Assembly (NCBI GenBank): GCA_907165135.1
Contig: OU015566.1
Span: forward strand, 7,006,001-7,070,000
Direction: 5' to 3'
Length of the DNA: 64,000 nucleotides
From: Oikopleura dioica
Taxonomy: Eukaryota; Animalia; Chordata
Shown here: positions 19,401 to 31,576 of the stretch, piece after piece
Layout of the letters: the number at the start of each line of letters is the position of its first letter
Position numbering within the stretch: the first letter of the stretch is position 1
The notes under the pieces: model-generated
Seen by the model: only the letters and a program-made list of their open reading frames with translations
Database searches by the model: none
Told to the model about the DNA's origin: nothing
Made by a program: the position numbers and the translations under genes

Positions 19401-21629
19401 AAGCCGAAACCCTTAACTGGATTCAAAAAACAAGGCTGGCATCGCCTTCGTGTCGGCTTGGCCCTCTCCAAACTGGATTCAAAAATCGGGACTGGCCTAA
19501 CTTTCGGGTCGGCTTGGCTCCTTCCCAGACTGGATTCAAAAAACAAGGCTGGCATCGCCTTCGTGTCGGCTTGGCCCTCTCCAAACTGGATTCAAAAAGC
19601 GGGACTGGCCTTACTTTCGGGTCGGCTTGGCCCCTTCCCAGACTGGATTCAAGAAACGGGGCTCAGAAAATTGGTCAGTTTTGAAAATTTTCAGTTTTGA
19701 ATATTATTTAGTTCTGAATATAAACTTTTTTAAAAATTTTTTCACTCTGAACCGCTTTGAAATTTTTTCACTCTGAATTGCTTTGAACCGGGCGGTTACC
19801 TTAGTGGTTCGGTTCAAATATCTGTTTTAAAGACTCCTATTGAGTAGAAAAGCATTCTGATATACATATGTCCACATTTTGTGATTATTCAGAGCGTGAA
19901 TCGCTTTGAACCGCTGTTAACCGGGCGGTTAGCCAAGTGGTTCATTTTCAGTTTTGAAATATTTTGAGTTCATAAGATTACTCAGTTTTCAAAGTTTTGC
20001 AGGTTTGAAAATTATTCAGCTTTGAAAAATTTTCAGTTATGAAAGCAATTTTTTAAAAAAATATTCATCAGCAATCCCGAACCGGGCGGTTGACCATGCG
20101 GTCATGTGTTTTCATGCTCAAAAATGAATCCAGCATCAAAAAAGAAGTCGATTGATATGTATATTGGTATGAGTACTATGCCTAAGGAAATGAACCGCGG
20201 TGAACCACGCGGTTAACCGGGCGGTTGACCATGCGGTCATGTGTTTTCATGCTCAAAAATTAATCCAGCATCAAAAAGAAGTCGATTGATATGTATATTG
20301 GTATGTGTACTATGACTAAGGAAATGAACCGCGGTGAACCACGCGGTTAACCGGGCGGTTTACCGCGGTTGAGGGGTCTACCAAAAGCTTATGTCCTGAG
20401 GATTCTAGTGACGTCAAAAAATCCCGAAAAAATAAGTGCCCGGAGGCTATTTAGGGGGGGAGTTTGAAAATTTTTCAAACTGACCTATGAGTCATAATTT
20501 ATGCCCTCGGGCAAAAAAAAATATTTTTTTCTAGCATAACTTTTCACGCTCTTTCATATGAGCACATAAAAAGGGGGGCCATTTTTTTGGCCGAAAAATT
20601 CTTATTGAAATTCGTCTTAACTTTGCTCTAAAAATTTTGAACCAAAAAGAACGCAGATTTTAAATTTTTACAGGTGCCATTAATCTATTTGCGTAGACGT
20701 TATTTGCGCTGTCTTGGAAAAAGTACGCTCGAGTAGCCTCCCCGGAAATAATTACAGTCTATAGAATCACGTGTCCAACATCTTATCCTTTCAGGCACGA
20801 TTTGACTTGCAAAGTGCAGCGGGCAATCCAACTCGCGGCGGAAACTGCGTCCAAGTGGTTTTGCCATGTCGATGATGACACATTTGTCAACTTCGAAAAG
20901 CTGGAAGAGCTCCTGGCGACGATGGATTCGTCGAAGCTTCATTTCATCGGAAAACAGTCGATCCCAGACGGAATCCAGCTTCACTCAAGAACGGGCAGAA
21001 TTCATTTTGCTACTGGGGGAGCAGGGTGGTGTCTGTCAAAGCCCCTGGTCAATCAGCTGAGAGATATCGACCTGATGGAAGAAGCCAGGAAGCTAGGAAC
21101 ACCGGATGATGTGACTCTTGGGGCAGTCGTTGGAGACATGGGAGTTTCAATAACAGAAGTGCACCAGTTCCACAGTCATTTGGAAGGACTTCAGTGGTTA
21201 ACTTCTCCAGAGACTGAGGTAAGAAAAAAAATTATTTTACAAAATTGATTTGTTGCCAAAACATATATCCTCAAGTTCGCGGCAAGTTCAAAAGCTCTCC
21301 AGTGCAAGTAAATAAGCTTATGACACTGAATTTTCCCATGATTTCGGGAATCCCGAAAATGATATTTATATTTTGACCTCGCGATTTTAGCGGCGCTTGA
21401 GCTTTTGAGCTGAGCCATAAATCCAAAACGCCACCTGTATTTGCCTCGTAGTGATTATTTCTTCAAGCCGTCCTTGAACGACTGTATCTAACGATTTGCT
21501 TTTCAGATCACACTGAGCTACCCGCCCGAAGCGCTTGAAAACGGCGATTTCCAACGATCTATCCGATACGCCTCCTCTTCAGATCCTACTGGTTTATTGA
21601 CCCTCTCGAAGAAGATGATGCTCTTGTAA
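16463..21629 (+). CDS. fng: Fringe beta-1,3-N-acetylglucosaminyltransferase (3 exons; 4-kb first intron)
   Basis: Exons 16463-16639, 20697-21218 and 21507-21629. Signal/anchor; IVMRSTKNNLNSRVQLALETW; LTCK; KWFCHVDDDTFVN (Fringe DDD motif); FATGGAGWCLS; PDDVTLG; QFHSHLE; QITLSY. Confidence 0.93.
17762..20617. mobile_element. Foldback-type element with long near-identical inverted arms, inside Fringe intron 1
   Basis: 17762-18598 is the reverse complement of 19782-20617 with very few differences. Each arm contains a tandem duplication of about 130 bp. The centre holds degenerate repeats of about 61 bp that switch orientation near 19400. No clear TSD. Confidence 0.92.
18950..19214. mobile_element. 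265-bp TA-targeting MITE nested in the foldback element
   Basis: TA|CTGAAAGGGTGTTTGAGT ... ACTCAAACACCCCTTCAG|TA. Removing it restores a normal host repeat unit (TTGAATC-TA-GTTTG). Confidence 0.88.
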
Positions 21630-21814
21630 ATTGTAAATTCATCATTTGTACGTTACTGTATGTTTATACTGTATTTCTGAAACATTCTGCCCAGAGTTCA
21701 CTGCTGAAAAGCACGTTCAAATAAATATTTGTAAATGAGATTTCGTTTTATTGGTGATTTTAATCTTAGGTTTAGTGATTCCTTGTTGTTTTCAAATTTC
21801 TAAAGACCAGAAAC

Positions 21815-22183
21815 TCAACCGAACATGGCAGTAGCAGCATAGCGCAAATAGCGAAATCCATCTTCATCGGCATATCTTCCATAGATTTCGCCCATTGTCA
21901 GTTGCATCGATGGAATTTCAGATGAATTGATGATGAAATGAAGACTCTGCTGAGGCGATAGAGTCAGCATTCTGCTTCGAACGACGAACATAAACTGCGA
22001 GATGCACATATCTTCTGGAACGAGAAACTTTACCTTTTCGAGCAAAGGAAGCTGCTTTTCTCCTTTCAATCTTTCGACGATAACCGGCACTTTTAGCGGA
22101 TATCTTTTTTTAATCGACCGCGATTCTTGAAGCCTCACTGCATGAGTTTTTCTCTCCTTGAACGGAATATATTTTGCGTCCAT
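21815..22183 (-). CDS. MAP1LC3C: ATG8-family autophagy protein, LC3 (LC3C-like), intronless, 122 aa
   Basis: PFKERKT...YPLKVPVIVER...LPLLEKVKFLVP...SQFMFVVRSRM...PSM..TMGEIY...DEDGFRYLRYA..MFG*; Met at 22183 taken as the start. Confidence 0.93.
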   Translation of the reverse strand: MDAKYIPFKERKTHAVRLQESRSIKKRYPLKVPVIVERLKGEKQLPLLEKVKFLVPEDMCISQFMFVVRSRMLTLSPQQSLHFIINSSEIPSMQLTMGEIYGRYADEDGFRYLRYAATAMFG

Positions 22184-23270
22184 CTCTACTTCATTTGTTT
22201 TCGATTCTTTATTAACAACGATAGAAAAAAGCGTCATTTTGGCGTATTTTATTATTGCGATCTATCACATTTCAGAAGTTTACGCCTTGAAAGGAAGAAA
22301 TTTGCGGCTGAAGCATTGAACGTAGACTTTAGGTTACCTAAAGGCATGCAAGGATCAGCTGAGGTCGTCAATAAACTCATTTGAACTGAACTCAAAAAGC
22401 ATCCTGTTAATCCGTTCTACAGAAAAGATTCATAGCAAGTCAGAACTGTGATTCTCCTGCGTTTCAAAACGCTCTTATATCCCGGAAGAGCGAAGGCTGT
22501 CCCAGAGTTAAGTACCCTTAGCAAATTGGATCGCTCTTTATAAATATTATTACATCGTCGCTGCCGCTCATGCGCTGTCCCTGTAGCACTGGCGCATCAT
22601 CTTTTCAGCCCATAAGTTGGGTGGGTAAACAAGGTGGAATCTTGTTCGTCTTTGAAATTTCTTCAAGTACTCAGCTTATGCCATGAGCTTCATCGCCAAA
22701 TAATGGCTTCTGAATAGACTAGCAATTTATACATTTTCGTTCAATCCTCAAAATAGCGCTTATTTCCCATTTTTTCAAAGAATAGAAAACTATTCCGAAA
22801 TTCTCAAATCCTCAAAAGTCTTCTCTATTAGATAGTCACAGTGACTGTCTGATTCTAGTCTAGAATTTTTCTATTAAAAAGACTTCAAGGCAATATTTCA
22901 CTAAAGAAAAAGATAAGACCTCTCTCACACCTTCTATTTTACCTTGACGTCATTATTGTTATTGCCGGAAATTACTGTAATTAGGGGGTTTTTATTGGGG
23001 AAAAGTTGGTATCAGAGTGATCCAGGACCGTTGTAAAATATTGGTGCGTGCTCTTTGGACCGTGTTCCAATCACGATCAGTGCGAAATTGCGCCCCCAGC
23101 AGGATCAGGTCCCTACTCCACCAAAGCACCGAAGCTATGACACACACATGTGTTCTGAGCCCGGTAACCAGACTTCTGACTGGTAACCTTCATTTTTTCA
23201 ATTGAATACAAATAAAAGGTTCAAATTGATGAAATTTTAAAAAGAAAAAGAGCAAAAATTCTAAAAAGAG

Positions 23271-26224
23271 ATGGCAGAAGAAGAATCTGGCCGACTTCCG
23301 GCAAGAGAAGAAAAGGTAAAAGAGAGAAACATCATCTTAGAATAATAATTATTAATCCGATTGTTATCTTGTTCTTTCAATTATCATTATCTTTAATAAT
23401 CCATCTAAGTTTCTTGAAGAAAAATGTAGGTAACTAGGTCAAACTCAAATTTAAAAAGAGCAATAACAAGAAGTTTCTAAAAATTATTTTTTGGCTATTA
23501 GCCATCAACTAAAATAATCAAAGATGCTATCGTATCATAATTTTAACTAATCAGAATCTGTTACGAAACTGCGCTTGAACTTTATTTCTACGCTTACGTC
23601 CACCATTGGGCAAAGGGAGGAGGCGCGCGCTTAGACTGTGCGCCGCAAATACCGCACCACACTTTACCGCAAAGTGAACTCAGGAGGGCTTAAAATCAGA
23701 ATTGCATAACACAACTCTCATCTGTTGCGCTTTTTCTCGCGCAGCTCGGATTTAGTAATAAATATTTATTGAACCTTGTCTAGCTTTTTTTCGTAACAGA
23801 AAACACCGAAACTTTCTCGCTCTCGATATTCAAGAGGCAAAAAAGTTCACCTTCATTTTTAACGCTTCTTTCTAGGAGGGTTTTCGACCTTCTTTGAGCC
23901 CAACAGGAGACGTTTTTGATGACTCCAACAAAAACATAGCTGCAGCGATTGTTGACGGCCTCAATGATGATAAAACAGAGGAAACACCGGCTGAGCCTGA
24001 GTCTCAAAACGAAGCTGCAGAAGAATCCGACGAAAAGAAACCTAAAGAAGAACCTGCAGAAGCCCAAATAGAAGAAACAGCAGAAGAAGCTAAAGATGAT
24101 GCTTCGGAGGATTCATCTGCAACAGACGCTACTGTAGAAATAAAAGTCGCGCAGACGAGTCAGCCCATTCCGGATGTCGTTCCTCAGGGCTTGGGAGAGC
24201 GGGAAGTGTCCCACGTCGACATCGACGACAAAGAAAAATTGACGAAAACGACAGATTTGGAGAATGAAATCGAAGAAGCAACAACACCAGCTAAATTTGA
24301 CGGCGTTGCTGAACCTGCCAGACGAAATTCCGAAGCGTAAGTTTGCTTTTTTTATTCAATGAAGAAAATTTTCGCTTTAGAAAATCTTCCTGGGCGCGGA
24401 AAAGGCATAAATTCCGAAGCATGTGGAAACTGTATTCTGGTGCTTTTATCGCTGTTGTCATGCCTATCGCTGTGTTTTCCATTGATATCGCTATCACAAT
24501 GAATGTCCTGGACCAAGAGGGGTACAGAAAGGCAATTCAGCCTTACTGGGACACGGACAACAGGGGAAACAAACCGATTCCAGAGTTTAACAAATTGACT
24601 AATGGAGCGACCTATGAAATTCAAGAATCGTTACTATTCGAGGTAGAGAATTATATTTTTTTCTTGAAATTCTTGAAAAATAATACTCTTCTAGGTACTG
24701 CAACTATCAGAACAGCACAAGCACCGAGAAGTCGACGATGAAATTCGCAAAAACTATCCGGAATTCATGAAATTTGTCAACAAAAAAGCAGATCCAAAAA
24801 AGAAGCCGCCTCCAACACCAGAGAGTAGGAAACGAAGACAAGCTGACGACGAAGAAAATGAAATCAAGGAGGAAGATGTGGAGGAAAAAGTTGAAGAGAC
24901 AGGTGAAGAAGTCGACGAAAAAGAAGCTGAAAATGATACTACAGAGAAAGAAGACCCCGAGAAAGAAGCAGAAGATAAAGCTGATGAGGATGAGTCTAAT
25001 GAAAAAACAAAGCCAAAGAAGCCTGAAAAAACTGAGGAAGAAAAAGCAGCTGAAGCAGCAGCTGAGAAAAAGCGAAAAGAAGAGGAGGAGAAAAAGCGGA
25101 TTGAGGAAAATCGCAAGCTGGAAGAAGAGCGAAAGAATTATCTCCAGCTGCGACGCAATCTCACTGTAAACAACATTATCGAGTATAAGTGGGGCAACGA
25201 AACGACGTACAACGGCAAGCAACTCCACTGTGATACGCTCAGGTTGGTTGTTTTTATCGGCAAAATTATTAAACTCCAATAAGAGATGATTTTTAAAACC
25301 TTTTTCTATCCTATCTTATCTCCCCCACTTCAACCCCTTTTAACGGGCTCAATTCAGTATGTTCTACCATCAACACGAACTTACTGCGAAATCCCAAAAC
25401 AAAGGCTGGTTCGAGTACGTTTACGGCAACAACCACAAGCTCCAGCAAGTTCTCTTCATTCTCTTCACAATTTTCGGCTTCATTCTTTGTATTTTGTCCA
25501 TTGCTCTTCGTTCCGACATGTGGTTTAAAAACGAGTGGTCGAGTTTTATTCTCGCCACGTTTTTGCCGTACATCGTGTCGACTTGCTTGGTAGCGATTAT
25601 TTACATGCGCGAAAGTGGCAAAAGTGGATTACGGTGAGTCCCAATTTTGAGGAAAAATAACTCACTGAGTTTTTAGTTGTTTCATTTGCCGCCTGGCGTT
25701 TGACGATCCAGAGCGTGGCTGCATCGACATAGATCCAACTAGTTTCAGCGGTCAATTCCCGACGCCGGATACAAAGTGGCTAGGAATGGTGGTTGCTTGT
25801 TACGTTCTCAAGCTTTTTGACTGCGTCGCTATTGGAATTACGACGCTTACTTTTGGTAAGAGGGTTTTTAAATGACATCGATAATGAATATGAACTTTCA
25901 GTTTGTTCGAAAAAAGACGCCTGGTGGAAGTGGCTGATGAAGTTCATCGGCTGGGTCGTTGTTTTCCCTTGGATGATTGCTACTCCTCTTCTTGGGGTTC
26001 TTAGATATCAGGTCATCAGCGAAGTTGTCAGCATCGATTCAATAGGTAAAATGCTGGCTCAAATTTGAAAATAACGAATTAAAGGAATGTACGAAAATCT
26101 GCTAACGGGCCTGTTCTTCACCGGCGTCGGTCTTTGGGGAATCCTCATCATCGCCGGACCCATCTTCTGTAAATATAAAATGTGTGATATAGATGAAAAC
26201 CTCCTCGAAAAAGACGATTTCTAA
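23271..26224 (+). CDS. Multi-exon multi-pass membrane protein with two long acidic/Lys-rich regions, family not recognised
   Basis: Exon 1 MAEEESGRLPAREEK splices in frame to 23876 (EGFRPSLSPTGDVF...). TM-like segments at about 24440, 25450-25600, 25950 and 26110. Last exon GMYENLLTGLFFTGVGLWGILII...EKDDF*. Confidence 0.65.
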
Positions 26225-26694
26225 ACCCTCTTTTCAACACGCTAGCTGTTTATCTCTTAATAATATTTCCAAATGCATTTGTCAGTTCCACAAAACCTTG
26301 CGTTTCTCGTTACTAATTATTTGTAAAATGCTAATTCTTCTTTCAGTGCTGAATAAAAATAAATTATGCATCTTCAAAGGAATTCGTCTTTTTATTATTT
26401 TTCTTGGTATTGCACAATTTGGTGATTTTACTTTGAAGGGAAAATCTCATCAGTAAGAAGTAATGCTTTATTTTATTTTTTCGGGAAACTTTTTGAAGAA
26501 ATAACCGTTGAATACGGAAGCAGACTACGTAGTTGAATGAAGCTGGACATAATTTCGGAAGAAAAGGAAGGAAAAGAAACAATAGAGAAATGAGAAAAAA
26601 GAGAAGGTGTGAACTTCGAATCTGGAGATGCAGTTTTAATTGAAATATTGATGATTTTTAACGTCTTTTCTTATCATACACATGGGCTGGTTTA

Positions 26695-28279
26695 CTATTC
26701 GCCATTCAAGCTTTTCTTGACGTAGGTGGCGATGGTCTGGACAGTGATAGTCTCTCCGTAGTGCTTGACGAAGTTGAAGTTGGACAGACTATCCAGTGTT
26801 GGCCGCTGATCAGGCTCTTTCTGAACATAACTGTGAGCCGTTGTCATCAAAAGAAAGGTCTTACTCTCAAACAAGCGTCAATAAACTCGCAGCAATCAGG
26901 TCCAAAGAACTCAGAGCTCAACTTAGGCGCATCGTTCTCCACTCTATCCGCCAATATATCGATGAAATCAACATGCACTGCTCGCTGAGGCGCCTAAATT
27001 GAATAAGAATTGGAAAGCGAAGATATTCTTTTTACGGGAGTTCCTTCAGGCAAGCGCATCAGCTCTTCAATTTCATCTGGCTTTAATCTTGGAAAAGGAT
27101 GCGTGCCGTATCCAAGCTCCATTAACGAAAGTCCCAGGGACCAGATATCAGATGATACACTGAAAAATTCTTCAACTGAATGGATGAAAAGGAGCTTACC
27201 CGTATTGGTGATCCGCAATGATTCTTTCGGGGGACATATAACTCCTCGTTCCGACGAATGATTGAACGATACTATTAACCAGCTGTCCCGAAACGCCAAA
27301 GTCGCAGAGTTTGATATCTCCCTGTGTGCTGCAAAGAATGTTCGATGGTTTGATGTCTCGGTGGATTATATCGTGTTCTTTCTGAAAAAATGGTTATCAA
27401 AATGGCTGTTTCTTATCAAAACACTCTGCGCGGCAACCTGACGCAGGTTCCTACGCAGGTTGTCGATCTGAGTTTTGAAAAGAACAGTGAGTAACCTTGA
27501 TGTATGTCATGCCTTCAACAACAGCAGCAGCAACAGCGCCGATAATCGATTCGTGAAGCTTTCCAAACCTTGTGATCACCTAAAAACGCAGCTAGAATCC
27601 TCCTTTCGGGCGAAATCTGACCTTATCCAAGCTTCCGCCGTCCATGTACTCCATGCAGATTCGAATCTGCGACCTTTGGTACTGATAGCTTCCGTAAAAA
27701 GCGACCACTCGTTTGTGATTACAGTCTTTGAGGATATTCAACTCGAGCAGGATCTTTTTGAACATTTCCTCATTCGTGTCTTTTCACGCGGTTCAAATTG
27801 AGTTCATGCTCGAGCGTGAGGTCTACTGGTTGTCTAGTGAGAGTTATGTAAAATCCACGAGGGGAGATATTAATTATTTTTAAGATTCTAATTTTCACCG
27901 CCGCCTAAATGGATCAACTTTCGGGCCATTATCGTTCCCGTTTCTTTGTGGACAACTCGCTCTACCGATCCGCCATTTCCTGCTCCCAGTTCTCGATCTA
28001 GCTACAAAATAATAATTATTGCAGTAATTTAAGAAATCCGTGAAGAAATAATTGCTGAATTACCTCGAACATGGAGTCGTTGAATTCTCCATATTTGCCG
28101 AGTTTGCTCTGCACCGTCAGTTGAGATCTGAGTCTTTCTTCTTGCTGTTCCCGCTCTTCTTGTTTTTTTTTCTCGTGATCATCTGTATCCAAGTTTTTCT
28201 GAATAGAGTCGATGATGATACTCGGTGGGCGACGGATCGGACCCGGCAATGTCAGGTTTATCGGCTTTTTTCGAGACAT
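26695..28279 (-). CDS. MAP2K1: Dual-specificity MAP kinase kinase, MEK1/2-like
   Basis: N-terminal D-site-like [12 protein letters not shown]; [10 protein letters not shown]; MARKLIHL; [12 protein letters not shown]; [27 protein letters not shown]; [13 protein letters not shown]. Confidence 0.93.
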
Positions 28280-28333
28280 TCTGAAATGAAACAAAAAGTT
28301 GGATCTTGAATGAAAATCGGAAAGCCGCTCGCG

Positions 28334-28436
28334 GCTGGGTTTGGCAACTTGTGTAGAAAGCCTGAGTCAGGTTCTGAGAAGTCGCGTAGCGGCTTTTCAT
28401 TTAGACTCTTCAGAACCTGACTCAGGTTTTCTACAG
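28334..28436. mobile_element. Internally deleted copy of the 13272-13522 MITE, just upstream of the MEK start codon
   Basis: GCTGGGTTTGGCAACTTGTGTAGAAAGCCTGAGTCAGGTT...TCTTCAGAACCTGACTCAGGTTTTCTAC aligns with both arms of the 13.3-kb element. Confidence 0.75.
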
Positions 28437-29081
28437 TAAAATCTAAAAAGCCGCGCAAAAGGCGGTAATTTTCGAAGCCATAAGCGGTTTTAGATATTTA
28501 TAAATTTTAATTAATAGTTATCTTAAATTCATAAATTATTAATTTAAATTAATTGTAAAATAGGTAGATGTGTCGATTTCAATGCAGATTTCTTTTCTCT
28601 GAATGTTTCAATTTTCGCCTCTGCTCCGCGCCGATGAGTCATTTTTCTCGAGTGACTAATTTTTCGTGTTAGAGCGCGCTCTCTTTCAATTCAACTCGCA
28701 CTGAAGCACCTCGAAAACAGCTCACTTTTCACGTTTTTTAAAACCGCAAAACACAACTTTCTGGACGAAGAAACCTGAATCGGATTTCAATTTATAAAAG
28801 TTTGGAGATTTTATTGACTGTTACAGAGAAATCGAAAATGTTCTAATTGCACAGGGAGCGTTTTTTATTTATTTACGGTCAGATTCTTTTATATTGGAAA
28901 TTATGAGAATCTCACTAGAGAATCTGATTCTTATTTTAATAAAATAGAAAATCAATCAAAATTATTTTTTTTTTATAAATTTTTTCTCTGAATAAAAGAT
29001 AATTTCAAAAAAATTTTTGCGGGTCCGGAAATCATAAAAAATCTGAAAGTGCAGTTTTCTTTAGCTCGTCGAGACGAGTCG

Positions 29082-29558
29082 AATGATGGGTCAAACTTTT
29101 GATGACTCCAATGATTAACCGGTTAGCCGGCAATTTCCCGGAAAATACATTTCCGGTCGCCGTTTTTGTTCTAGAAATGCTAGAATGACAAAAAAAGCGG
29201 GAAACTGGTCCTTGAAGTTAGTTCTTCTGTGGGTGAAAAAATGAGAATCATATCTCTAACCATAAGATGCTTATCACCAAAATTCTATTTTCTTATGAAA
29301 ATGGGACCGAAAATTAGGAAGGTGCAGCAACAACGAAATACATACAAAATTTAGAATTTTTATCGTTAAAAAAAGTTTCGCTATAAATTTGACCAATATC
29401 TTTTTGCCCACAGTAGAACTGACCATAAGGATCAGTTTCCGGGTTCATTCATCATCCTAGCATTTCTAGAACAAAAACGGCGACCGGAAACGTATTTTCC
29501 GGTAACCAGCCGGTCAACCGGTCAATCCTTGGAGTTATCAAGAGTTTGACCCACCATT
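29082..29558. mobile_element. MITE-like inverted-repeat element (about 477 bp)
   Basis: AATGATGGGTCAAACTTTTGATGACTCCAA...CCGGTCGCCGTTTTTGTTCTAGAAATGCTAG is mirrored by CTAGCATTTCTAGAACAAAAACGGCGACCGG...TTGGAGTTATCAAGAGTTTGACCCACCATT; no TSD recognised. Confidence 0.8.
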
Positions 29559-29571
29559 TACTTTTAAAGTG

Positions 29572-29775
29572 GGGGATCCCCATTTTGACGGGTAAGTTTC
29601 TCTTGGGTGTCCCCATTTTAACTTATTTTTATTCCTCAAGAGGGTCCCCATTTTAATGGATTTCTGACATAACGATTCTTCGAAATCCGTTAAAATGGGC
29701 ACCTTTCTGAGGATTGAAAAATCAGTTAAAATAGAAACACTCAAAAGAAATTCGCCCGTTAAAATGGGGACTACC
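29572..29775. repeat. Palindromic element of the CCCCATTTTAAC / GTTAAAATGGGG family
   Basis: CCCCATTTTGACGGG ... CCCGTTAAAATGGGG with internal repeats of the same motif; related element at 51772-51905. Confidence 0.7.
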
Positions 29776-30139
29776 TCATATTAGTAATAAGTTATTTCTA
29801 AATAAAAAAGGCCAAATTTATAAGTATAAATTTTGAAATGATTATCAAAACGCGAAAAAGAACATCTGCATTGCTGCACTGCAAAGATGATTGCACAGTA
29901 CGGCCGCGCAAGCGCTCAACAAATCCCCCCGACGACTATATTGTATGCTACAACAGGAACTGGTCTTATCATCTTTCTTTTTTCTAATCACCAATTTCGA
30001 ATTTTGTATTTGGCAAAAGTACTAAAACGTTCAAATGTGTGAACGAGGCGATAATCTATCCGTCCTTAGCTAGACTGGACTTGTCGAATTGAGGGTTGAA
30101 TTGGATGAATTTCGAAATTTTCAAGAATCCCTCATTTTG

Positions 30140-30147
30140 TATAAATA
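30140..30147 (+). promoter_or_regulatory. Candidate TATA box of the ATF4-like gene
   Basis: TATAAATA about 270 bp upstream of the bZIP start codon. Confidence 0.4.
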
Positions 30148-30409
30148 CTGGCTTTGGCTGCATGTCAAATGTCTGTTTTGAGGCCACATATTTTGAGAAA
30201 CAGGACTCCCAAAACCTGTTCCCCTTCTACAAAGAATGTCGAATCAATACAGGAAAGAAGTAGTATTATCTAACATTATTCGCGAATGATGATGAACCAG
30301 GAACAGCCTAACGAACTGAACTCGGAATTCCTTATTTGCTTTCTTTCAACTCCTGCATCTGTTTTTAACTTTGAAACCGACAGAAATTCACGCTCATCAA
30401 TCCCAAAAA

Positions 30410-31576
30410 ATGACGGCCTTCCATCAGCCATCTACTTTGAACCAGCTGGAGCTCCCGTTCGAACAGGAGCTCGGCCAGTTCGATTCGAGCTATTCCACCC
30501 AATGCACGCCTAATCCTCTCGATGGTAAGAGAGAACGATTTGATACCATAATTGGCTTGTTTTGATGCGAGTGTCTGGATCAATTAACCTTGTCTTTCAG
30601 ATATCTTCCCAAGCCCTCGATCGACGTACACTCCGGACTCACCATCATCCGATATCGACGCAATCGTTCAAGACCTACTCAGCTCGGCTCCCAGCTCTCC
30701 AGCCAACTCTGGTATGTGCTGTGCACGGCAACCTTTGTCTTCAACTTTGTTTTCCTAGTTTTTCATTGGACGCCATCGAAACATCTTTCAACGCTGCTTC
30801 CCCAGAACCGCCAGTTCTTCAGAAGCCAGGTCCTGTAGATCCATCACCAGCTCCAGTGACTCTTTCGCTCGATTCAATTGCTCCTGGCACTATCATCTCC
30901 GATGGCGGAAGTAATAGCTTCGAGCTCGTTGTTGAAAACGGCGTTCGAAAGCTCGTCCCTGTGATGCTCTCCTGTAAGTTAACTTTTGTGTGGGATTAGA
31001 ATGGAATTAGAATCTTTGATTTAGCGATGCCTGCTATTGTCAAAACTGAGATGGCTTCTCCACCCGCATCGCCAGGTTTGTTGGAAAGATAGGGTTAGCA
31101 AGAAAAATATTCCCTGAAATTTAGGACCTCCATCATGGAGGCCCCATGCATGGATTTCCTCTTGAATAATTGCTTAAAATCGTGAAGCCGCTTGCTAGAT
31201 AAATTTAGTCGCAAGCGGCTTCTCGATTCTAAGCGATTTTTCTAAGGAAAATCATTGAATTTAAGAGGGTTTCTCAATAGTACAAACTTCTAACGAATAC
31301 TTCTTTAGATTCGATTTCTTCTGTCGATTTGAACAAGAAACTCGCCCAAAATCGAAAGGCATCGAAGCGATACCGGGACAAGAAAAAGGCTGACGAGAAG
31401 AAGTTGCTCGAAGACGTCGATCGACTCGAGAAGGTTTGTTATTCTGCCTCCCCTTTCGCTCAAAATTCTTTCAGGAAAAACATCGTCAAGAACTCATGCT
31501 CGAGCGAAAGAAAGCAAAGAAGGAACTCCTTCTCTCTCTCATTTCCCAGAAATTTTCCCGTGTAGTGTACCACTAA
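30410..31576 (+). CDS. ATF4: bZIP transcription factor, ATF4/ATF5-like (multi-exon)
   Basis: Ser/Pro/acidic N-terminus. Basic region KKLAQNRKASKRYRDKKKADEKKLLEDVDRLEK, followed by zipper exon EKHRQELMLERKKAKKELLL...VYH*. One internal junction is uncertain. Confidence 0.75.

Noticed and set aside
19211-19700. Repetitive-peptide ORFs (GWHRLRVGLALSKLDSK...)
   Set aside because: By-product of the 61-bp repeats in the foldback core; open in several frames on both strands.
24707-25279. Phe/Leu-rich minus-strand 190-aa ORF
   Set aside because: Antisense of the Glu/Lys-rich exon of the plus-strand membrane protein.
27897-27905. GC donor in MEK after MARKLIHL
   Set aside because: An in-frame GT donor 6 nt away (adding Gly-Gly) is equally compatible; cannot be decided from sequence.
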